Source: Sinorhizobium meliloti
Lineage (GTDB): Bacteria > Pseudomonadota > Alphaproteobacteria > Rhizobiales > Rhizobiaceae
Assembly: GCF_017876815.1 (NCBI RefSeq)
Contig: NZ_JAGIOS010000001.1
Span: 90,001 to 122,000 of the forward strand
Length of the DNA: 32,000 nucleotides
Reading direction: 5' to 3'
Part shown: one piece after another, positions 25,704 through 32,000 of the stretch
Numbering within the stretch: position 1 is the first letter of the stretch
Layout: every line of letters begins with the position of its first letter
Notes under the pieces: model-generated
The model's input: only the letters and a program-made list of their open reading frames with translations
What the model was told of the DNA's origin: nothing
Databases searched by the model: none
Position numbers and translations under genes: made by a program

Positions 25704-27918
25704 AACGCTTGACCATGGATATGCTCGGCAATTCCTTGAGCTGCGCCATCAGATGGTTGAGCTGGCGCAGGTCCCAGACCTCGAGATCGAACTGCAATTC
25801 GCTGAAGTCCGCGGCGACGCGCCCCATGGAAAGCGAGCGGATATTGACGTCGGTGGTCGCGATGGCCTGCGCGACCTCCGCCAGCGTGCCGGGCTCGTTC
25901 AAGGCGCTGACCGCGATCCTCGCCATGAAACGGCTGTTGTTCGCCTCGTCGAGATCCCAACGAACGTCGATCCAGCGCTCGGGCTCTTCGTCGAACTTCT
26001 GCAGGATCGGCGACTGGATCGGATAGATGGTGATGCCTTTGTCCTTGTCCATGATGCCGACGATGCGATCGCCGGGAACGGCGCCGGCAGGACTGAAATG
26101 GACCTCGGCGTTGCCGGAGAGGCCGCGGATCGGCAGGGCTTCCGGCCCCTCCGCCTGCTCCGCTGCGGCCATTTCCTTCGACCGCTCCGGCAGCTTGAAG
26201 ATCATGCCCGCGGCGCTGCGCATGTTGAACCAGCCGTCGTCGGCGCTGGGCTTCACGGTTACGCGCTCGTCCTGATGATCGGGAAACACGGCGCGCAGAA
26301 CGTCGAGTGAGGAGAGTTCGCCGCGCCCGACCGCGGCAATGGCGTCCTCCACGTCCTTCTGCCCGAGCCGATGCAGCACCGGCTTCAAGGCCTCGCGCGA
26401 GAAGGTCTTGCCCGCCCGTTCGAAGGTGCGCTCGAGGATGCGATAGCCGAGGCCGGCATATTGCTTGCGGATGGCGGCGCGGGTCGCGCGGCGGATGGCC
26501 GCCCGCGCCTTGCCCGTGACGACGATCTCTTCCCAGGCCGGCGGCGGCACCTGAATGCCCGAGCGGATGATCTCGACCTCGTCGCCGTTGTTGAGCCGCG
26601 TCACCAGCGGCATGATGCGACCATTGATCTTGGCCCCGACGCAGGTGTCGCCGATATTCGTATGCACGGCATAGGCAAAGTCGATCGGAGTGGCGCCGCG
26701 CGGCAGCGCTATCAGTTGTCCCTTCGGCGTGAAGCAGAAGACCTGATCCTGGAAGAGTTCGAGTTTGGTGTGCTCGAGAAACTCCTCCGGATTGTCGCCC
26801 TCGGCAAGCGATTCGATCGTGCGGCGCAGCCAGGAATAGGCATTCGATGTCGGAGTGCGCGTCAGGTCACCGGAAACGGTGTCGCGATCCTTGTAGAGTG
26901 CGTGGGCCGCGATACCGTATTCGGCGATCTCATGCATGCGCTTCGTGCGGATCTGCAGTTCGATGCGCTGGCGCGACGGGCCGATGATCGTCGTGTGAAT
27001 CGATTGATAGTCGTTCTGTTTCGGGGTCGAGACGTAGTCCTTGAAGCGTCCCGGCACGACACGCCAGCGGGTGTGCACGATACCGAGCGCACGATAGCAG
27101 GACGGGATGTCGTTGACGATGATGCGGAAGCCCCAGACATCCGAGAGCTGCTCGAAGGAGAGCGATTTCGACTGCATCTTGCGGAAAACCGAATAGGGCT
27201 TCTTCTGGCGCCCTCTGACCTGTGCGTCCGTAAGCCCCTCGGCCTGAAGCAGTTCGCTCAGTTCCTCCTCGATCTTCTTGATCAGCCCCTCATTGCGCTC
27301 GGAGAGCTCCTGGAGGCGTCTGGTAACGGTCTCGTAAGCCTCCGGGTTGATGTGGCGGAAGGACAGGTTCTCGAGCTCCTCGCGCATGTCCTGCATGCCC
27401 ATGCGCCCTGCCAGAGGCGCATAGATGTCCATCGTCTCCTCGGAGATGCGCGCGCGCTTTTCGGCCGACATGTGGTCGAGGGTGCGCATATTGTGGAGGC
27501 GATCGGCAAGTTTGACCAGGAGCACGCGGACGTCGTCCGAAATGGCGAGCAGCAGCTTGCGAAGATTTTCCGCCTGCTTGGCCTTTTTGGTGACAAGGTC
27601 GAGCTTCTTGATCTTGGTGAGGCCTTCGACCAAGGCGCCGATATCCTCGCCGAAGAGGTCGTCTATCTCCTGCCGCGTCGCGGTCGTATCCTCGATCGTG
27701 TCGTGCAGCAGCGCGACGGCGATCGTGGATTCGTCCAGATGCATTTCGGTCAGGATCGCCGCCACTTCCAGAGGATGGGAGATGTAAGGATCGCCGCTTG
27801 CCCGCTTCTGCTGCCCGTGCTTCTGCATGGCGTAGACATAGGCCTTGTTCAGCAGCGCCTCGTTGACGTCGGGCTTGTATTTCTGCACGCGCTCAACGAG
27901 CTCGTATTGGCGCATCAT
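25693..27918 (-). CDS. relA: Bifunctional (p)ppGpp synthetase/hydrolase (Rsh, RelA/SpoT family)
   Basis: Track ORF of 741 aa. It has a hydrolase HD domain (HPLEVAAILTEMHLDESTIAVALLHDTIEDT), a synthetase block (YQSIHTTIIGP), a TGS domain (FTPKGQLIALPRGATPIDFAYAVH) and a C-terminal ACT-like domain. Confidence 0.93.
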   Translation of the reverse strand: MMRQYELVERVQKYKPDVNEALLNKAYVYAMQKHGQQKRASGDPYISHPLEVAAILTEMHLDESTIAVALLHDTIEDTTATRQEIDDLFGEDIGALVEGLTKIKKLDLVTKKAKQAENLRKLLLAISDDVRVLLVKLADRLHNMRTLDHMSAEKRARISEETMDIYAPLAGRMGMQDMREELENLSFRHINPEAYETVTRRLQELSERNEGLIKKIEEELSELLQAEGLTDAQVRGRQKKPYSVFRKMQSKSLSFEQLSDVWGFRIIVNDIPSCYRALGIVHTRWRVVPGRFKDYVSTPKQNDYQSIHTTIIGPSRQRIELQIRTKRMHEIAEYGIAAHALYKDRDTVSGDLTRTPTSNAYSWLRRTIESLAEGDNPEEFLEHTKLELFQDQVFCFTPKGQLIALPRGATPIDFAYAVHTNIGDTCVGAKINGRIMPLVTRLNNGDEVEIIRSGIQVPPPAWEEIVVTGKARAAIRRATRAAIRKQYAGLGYRILERTFERAGKTFSREALKPVLHRLGQKDVEDAIAAVGRGELSSLDVLRAVFPDHQDERVTVKPSADDGWFNMRSAAGMIFKLPERSKEMAAAEQAEGPEALPIRGLSGNAEVHFSPAGAVPGDRIVGIMDKDKGITIYPIQSPILQKFDEEPERWIDVRWDLDEANNSRFMARIAVSALNEPGTLAEVAQAIATTDVNIRSLSMGRVAADFSELQFDLEVWDLRQLNHLMAQLKELPSISMVKRLFE

Positions 27919-27944
27919 CCGCTAGCGGCTCCGTGAAATCAGGC

Positions 27945-27981
27945 AAATAAAAAAGTGCGCCAATCATATGAGTGGCGCACT
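27945..27981 (-). terminator. Canonical intrinsic terminator after rpoZ
   Basis: The minus strand reads AGTGCGCCA-ctcatatgat-TGGCGCACT followed by TTTTTTATTT: a 9-bp perfect stem with a U-tract. It starts 39 nt after the rpoZ stop and ends 26 nt before the relA ATG. Confidence 0.8.
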
Positions 27982-28020
27982 GCTTCGATAACACGTCGGA
28001 ACGTTGTTCCGGAACGAATC

Positions 28021-28428
28021 TCAGTAGTCGTCGCTCTTTTCCGGAGGAACGAGGCCTTCGATGCCGGCCAGCAGTTCTTCTTCGGACATGCGGTCGAAGG
28101 TCAACGCTTCCGGCTGGTCTTCCTCTTCGGCGGCCTCAGCGAAGGCGGGGGCTGCTTCGGTCTGGACGAGCGACGCCGGATCGGGTTCCGGCTCGTCCAC
28201 TTCCACATGTTTCTGCAGCGAGTGGATCAGGTCTTCCTTCAGGTCGCCGGGCGACAGGGTTTCATCGGCGATCTCGCGCAGTGCAACGACCGGGTTCTTG
28301 TCGTTGTCGCGGTCGACCGTAATCGGGGCACCCTGGGAAACCAGGCGTGCGCGGTGGCTGGCAAGAAGGACGAGTTCGAAACGGTTTTCGACCTTGTCGA
28401 TGCAGTCTTCGACGGTGACGCGGGCCAT
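28021..28428 (-). CDS. rpoZ: DNA-directed RNA polymerase subunit omega
   Basis: Track ORF 28021..28575. RpoZ starts at ATG 28428 ([28 protein letters not shown]) with an AAGGA RBS. 135 aa, with an acidic C-terminal tail. Confidence 0.92.
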   Translation of the reverse strand: MARVTVEDCIDKVENRFELVLLASHRARLVSQGAPITVDRDNDKNPVVALREIADETLSPGDLKEDLIHSLQKHVEVDEPEPDPASLVQTEAAPAFAEAAEEEDQPEALTFDRMSEEELLAGIEGLVPPEKSDDY

Positions 28429-28900
28429 GGCCTGTCCTTTACGACTCAAGAGATGCGGCGGCATCGCCGCGGCAGGTTTAACAACGCGAAACCGGAACGT
28501 CCGCTGACATGCGGCTCCATCAGCTCCGATTTCTGGAATTAGGCGTCCGATACAATCAAAACAGCATAAGTTCAAGTTTTTCCTGCATCCGGCTCACGTC
28601 ATCGCGCGGAGCATGATAAAATGCCACGTCTGTGGAACGCTGCCATCGGGTCACAGACACTGCCTGTATTTCGTGATAATTTCGAACACGTATCCAGCAA
28701 CAATTATAGATTGAAAATGTGGACGAACTGCAGCAACTGCTAAAACTAGCTATAGGCGCCGCGCCCTGGTTGGAATAATGCGTTGGCATGACCACATTAT
28801 TTGCAGATAAGTGAGCTTTAATTTAATCCGCCAATTTTAAGCGTGACGCTCCGCGGGGTTGGTCCGGTCACTGTGCAGGGTACGGAAAAAGGAAGTAACG

Positions 28901-29479
28901 ATGTTCGATCCTCGCGAGAAAATCGCTCTTTTTATCGATGGCGCCAACCTCTACGCCGCGTCGAAGAGCCTCGGCTTCGACATCGATTACCGCAAGCTGC
29001 TCAAGGCCTTCCAGAAGCGCGGCTACCTGCTCAGGGCCTACTACTACACCGCACTCATCGAGGACCAGGAATATTCGTCGATCCGCCCGCTGATCGACTG
29101 GCTGGACTATAATGGCTATAAGGTCGTGACCAAGCCTGCCAAGGAATTCACCGATTCCCTCGGACGCCGCAAGATCAAGGGGAACATGGACATCGAGCTG
29201 GCGATCGACGCCATGGAGCAGTCCGAATCGGTCGACCACCTGGTGATTTTCTCCGGCGACGGCGATTTCACCACACTCGTCGAAGCGCTGCAGCGCAAGG
29301 GGCGAAAGGTTTCCGTGGTCTCGACCATGTCGACGCAGCCGCCGATGATTGCTGACGACCTGCGCCGCCAGGCCGACCACTTCATCGATCTCGCGACCCT
29401 TAGGGGAGAGATCGGCCGCGAACCGTCCGAACGCGTTCAGCGCCCTGTCGAGCCGGTCGCCGACGACGTCGAGCTTTAA
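28901..29479 (+). CDS. NYN-domain (LabA/DUF88-like) putative ribonuclease
   Basis: Track ORF 28859..29479. ATG 28901 is preceded by AAAGGAAG. NYN blocks are present (IALFIDGANLY, KGNMDIELAIDAM, LVIFSGDGDFTTLVEAL). 192 aa. Confidence 0.85.
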   Translation: MFDPREKIALFIDGANLYAASKSLGFDIDYRKLLKAFQKRGYLLRAYYYTALIEDQEYSSIRPLIDWLDYNGYKVVTKPAKEFTDSLGRRKIKGNMDIELAIDAMEQSESVDHLVIFSGDGDFTTLVEALQRKGRKVSVVSTMSTQPPMIADDLRRQADHFIDLATLRGEIGREPSERVQRPVEPVADDVEL

Positions 29480-29490
29480 TTTTTCCTAAT

Positions 29491-29612
29491 CCCTGTGCTC
29501 GTCACAGGGATCCAGCCAGACCAAGTCCTGGGGCTGAAAGAAATCTTCCCAGCGCCGCAGACGCGGCGCTGCTCTCATCTCTGTGACAAGCACAGAGATG
29601 ACGGAAGCGGAG
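29491..29612 (+). repeat. Intergenic triple-hairpin mosaic repeat, copy 2
   Basis: Same orientation and structure as 6991..7110. Hairpins lie at 29491-29509, 29551-29570 (AGCGCCGC-agac-GCGGCGCT) and 29576-29600 (CATCTCTGTG-acaag-CACAGAGATG). It starts 11 nt after the NYN gene stop. Confidence 0.85.
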
Positions 29613-29832
29613 AGATTGCAGTCCTGCGAGACGTTTCCTGGGCCGTGCCGATGAGGCTCGGTTCAGCTGCGGGATTCCCTTATTTGCTCATAAGCGACAA
29701 CCTGCGTTGTCTTATCTCTGCTGCCGATTCTACGATTCGGTGAACAGACCTCTCCGAATTGCCTGAATATGCGATTCAGACACTGATGGCCCGCGCTGCC
29801 GAAGCTTCGGGCTGCGGAGTGGGAGCTGAGCG

Positions 29833-32000
29833 ATGAGTGATTCCTGCACCAGCCGAGGCGCAAGAGCCGCCCTTCGCAAACGGAAGACTCTTTCGTTGAG
29901 AACTCGCTTGCGCCAAGAGGCAAGTAGCACCGCGCTGTATGCGAGTTGGGGCACCGGCTCTAAAACTTTCGTGATCCCCGCAGGCCCGGTCCTTGCATCG
30001 GTCGGCTTTACGCTCGCGATCGGAGCAGGCGCCGTGAGCCCGGCCCATGCGATAAACGAATGCGGCCCGGCCATTGGCGGAGTTGTGACCTGCAACACGT
30101 CCACTTACCCGAAGGGGCCCGGAACCCATATCGAATATCGTATTGATACCGGACTGAGGGCGACGATCGACAGCGTGGCGGTCAGATGGGCGGACGATGC
30201 GGGCAGCGATCGGCCTGCGATCGACATCCGTTCGGACAAGGTCACGAGCGAAGGCGATCTCATCGTGACGATCGAGGGCTCGACGGTGACGACCGGCGAG
30301 CCGGACAGAATTGGAACACGCTCCGACAGAGAGGTAGGCGAGTACGCCGATGGATTGAGAGTGACGCAGCGCGGTGCGGGGCTCGTTTCAGCGACGATGC
30401 TGAGCGGCAGCATCATCACATATGGATACAACGCAGCGGGAATTTACGCCTGGCAGCCCGGGGCCAACGAAAACAACAAGAGTGATGTGATCGCCGATTT
30501 CTCGGGAGAAGATTCCACGATCGAGACCTTCGGATCCTACTCTCAAGGTATCTATGGCCGCACAGAAACCGGCATAGGCAATGTCGCGGTGACGGCGAAG
30601 GACGGAACGATCGTCACCCATGGCCTGTCGTCGATAGGCGTTCGCGGACTGAAGCATAGCGCGTCCCTGGGAGACGGCGACGTGACCGTTGCCGGCGACA
30701 ACATCACGGTAACGACCGGCGGAAATCTAAGTATCGGTATGGAGGCGAGAGTCGAGGACAGCAAGTCCGGCAGGGGCAACGCTTCGGTTTTCGTCCGCAA
30801 CGAGGCGGCGATCGAGACCTCGGGCACAAGGGCACATGGCGCTCAAGCCTTCAATCTGGACCCGGGTGACAGCACGGTCGTTCTGGAAAAGAGCAAAATC
30901 ACGACGCGCGGCGAGGGTGCTATAGGGATTCGGGCCGAGGCAGGAGACGGCAATGCCGTTACCGAAGTCACCAAAGGAAGCATTGCCACGGCTGGAGCAT
31001 CGGCGATCGGGCTCGCGGCCATCAGCCAGGGAAACATGGGCGAGGCGCGCGTCTCGCTGGACGGCGGAGACGTCTCGACCGGCGGGGATAACGCGGAAGG
31101 CCTGATCGCGACCGCGAAGGGCGCCGGCGGAACGGCCACCGCCCGCTTGGTGGACGGGAACGTGAAGACGGCCGGTCGCGATGCAGAGGGCCTGATCGCT
31201 CACGCCGGCGATGAAAGTATCCCGACGAGCATCAATGCCGATGCCAGCGTGATCATGCAAGCCGGCAGCATAACGACCACCGGCGACGGCGCGGGTGGAA
31301 TGATCGCAGAGACCGACATCGGCCCGACGCCCTCGACAGGAAAAGCAACTGCCGTGCAGCGGGCAGGCACGATCATGACCAGCGGCGGCGAGATTGGCGG
31401 CAATGAGGGCAGCTACGCAATCGCGGCGCTCTCCTTCGGGTCCGGCCTGGCTTCCATCGAGCAGGCGGGCGGCAGCGCTACGACTGCGGGGGCGCAGAGC
31501 CACGCCTTGTATGCTCTCTCGATCTTCGGCAACACCATGGTCACCCAGGCAGCCGGCAGCAGCGCGGTCGCGACCGGCGCGAAGGCGAGCGGTCTGCGGG
31601 CCCTGGCGGGCCCGGGCGGCGGCAATGAAGTAACGCTGGACGGCAAGGTTACCGCTGGCTCTGCTCCCGCCGTTCACACCATCTGCTCCGCAGGCAGCAA
31701 GATCACCATCGGCTCCGCTGCGGAGATCGACGGTTCTGCTTCGGGCACCGCCATTCGCGACGGCGACTCCGATCTGGATGCGGCGGACGAAACGGGAGGG
31801 AATTCCACCGCCACGCTTGCCGGCAAGGTCACCGGCGATGTCGTCATGGGGCTCGGCAATGATATCATCAATCTCACCGGCGGCGTGCTCGACGGCGATG
31901 TCTATGGCGACGACAGGTTAGCCACCGCCGCTGACGGCGACGACAGCTTCACCTGGAGCGGCGGCACCTGGCTTTCCAGTTTCTTCGGCGGCAACGGCTC
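29833..32000 (+). CDS. Autotransporter/adhesin-like outer-membrane protein, N-terminal signal + beta-helical passenger (continues past the right edge)
   Basis: Not in the ORF track because there is no stop in the window. My own translation of frame 1 from ATG 29833 (GGGAG 7 nt upstream) is open to 32000. It begins MSDSCTSRGARAALRKRKTLSLRTRLRQEASSTALYASWGTGSKTFVIPAGPVLASVGFTLAIGAGAVSPAHA/INECGP. It continues with G/T/A/S-rich degenerate repeats (..T.G..A.G[IL].A..) and ends NLTGGVLDGDVYGDDRLATAADGDDSFTWSGGTWLSSFFGGNG, typical of autotransporter passenger domains. Confidence 0.8.
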   Translation, partial: MSDSCTSRGARAALRKRKTLSLRTRLRQEASSTALYASWGTGSKTFVIPAGPVLASVGFTLAIGAGAVSPAHAINECGPAIGGVVTCNTSTYPKGPGTHIEYRIDTGLRATIDSVAVRWADDAGSDRPAIDIRSDKVTSEGDLIVTIEGSTVTTGEPDRIGTRSDREVGEYADGLRVTQRGAGLVSATMLSGSIITYGYNAAGIYAWQPGANENNKSDVIADFSGEDSTIETFGSYSQGIYGRTETGIGNVAVTAKDGTIVTHGLSSIGVRGLKHSASLGDGDVTVAGDNITVTTGGNLSIGMEARVEDSKSGRGNASVFVRNEAAIETSGTRAHGAQAFNLDPGDSTVVLEKSKITTRGEGAIGIRAEAGDGNAVTEVTKGSIATAGASAIGLAAISQGNMGEARVSLDGGDVSTGGDNAEGLIATAKGAGGTATARLVDGNVKTAGRDAEGLIAHAGDESIPTSINADASVIMQAGSITTTGDGAGGMIAETDIGPTPSTGKATAVQRAGTIMTSGGEIGGNEGSYAIAALSFGSGLASIEQAGGSATTAGAQSHALYALSIFGNTMVTQAAGSSAVATGAKASGLRALAGPGGGNEVTLDGKVTAGSAPAVHTICSAGSKITIGSAAEIDGSASGTAIRDGDSDLDAADETGGNSTATLAGKVTGDVVMGLGNDIINLTGGVLDGDVYGDDRLATAADGDDSFTWSGGTWLSSFFGGNG

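Noticed and set aside
26371-27936. 521-aa plus-strand ORF antisense to relA
   Set aside because: It is a shadow ORF. relA on the minus strand has HD, synthetase, TGS and ACT signatures. The antisense product is an R/L/G/A-rich sequence without motifs or an RBS.
28556-28795. 79-aa minus-strand ORF with a Cys-rich stretch (SSCCSSSTFSIYNCCW) in the AT-rich rpoZ-NYN spacer
   Set aside because: It has no RBS, its AT-rich codon usage is unlike the other genes here, and it matches no recognisable family. It is more likely a chance ORF in promoter or regulatory DNA. I kept the spacer itself as a finding.
29495-29743. 82-aa ORF MLVTGIQPDQV...CDKHRDDG
   Set aside because: It is translated from the intergenic repeat (copy 2). 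The equivalent reading of copy 1 is just the tail of a shadow ORF, so it is an artefact of the element.
30727-31677. 316-aa minus-strand ORF (and other short ORFs, 29730-31877) over the right end of the window
   Set aside because: They are antisense or off-frame shadows of the open-ended autotransporter frame, which is continuous from 29833 to 32000 and has a signal peptide and passenger-type repeats.
1-32000. tRNA, rRNA, CRISPR arrays, IS elements/transposases, integrases, prophage genes
   Set aside because: I saw none. There are no T-loop-like GGTTCGAATCC motifs in the intergenic DNA, no regularly spaced short repeats, and no transposase- or integrase-like translations in any track ORF.

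Overview
High-GC alphaproteobacterial chromosome segment. The gene content and order (phoX, lpsL-rkpK, arsR-aqpS-arsC-arsH, acpS-lepB-rnc-era, rpoZ-relA) look like a Sinorhizobium/Ensifer-type rhizobial chromosome. That assignment rests on recognised families only; no search was run. I call 31 protein-coding genes and 1 frameshifted pseudogene. Three of the genes are missing from the ORF track: two run off the window edges and one is only 50 aa. I also call 2 copies of a ~120-bp triple-hairpin intergenic repeat, one Pho box, three palindromic operator candidates and several terminator-like hairpins. Layout, left to right: (1) a minus-strand DUF2339-HD-MOSC-MFS cluster; (2) the Pho-box/phoX locus, divergent from it; (3) recO; (4) a ~13 kb mixed block (L,D-transpeptidase, frameshifted VOC gene, SRPBCC + ArsR-like pair, lpsL-rkpK, a small secreted protein, tex, cfa, GDPD, the ars operon); (5) a minus-strand housekeeping run era-rnc-lepB-acpS-DUF2062; (6) DUF3563, a decayed vapBC module, relA and rpoZ; (7) a NYN/LabA-like gene and the 5' two-thirds of an autotransporter. 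I found no tRNA, rRNA, CRISPR array, transposase or integrase. Nothing here is convincingly a new system. The most second-look-worthy items are the DUF2339-HD-MOSC-MFS cluster next to the Pho box, the truncated vapBC wedged behind relA, the strong intrinsic terminator 26 nt upstream of relA, the repeat family, and the homopolymer frameshift in the VOC gene. Most long extra ORFs in the track are antisense shadow ORFs typical of GC3-rich DNA.
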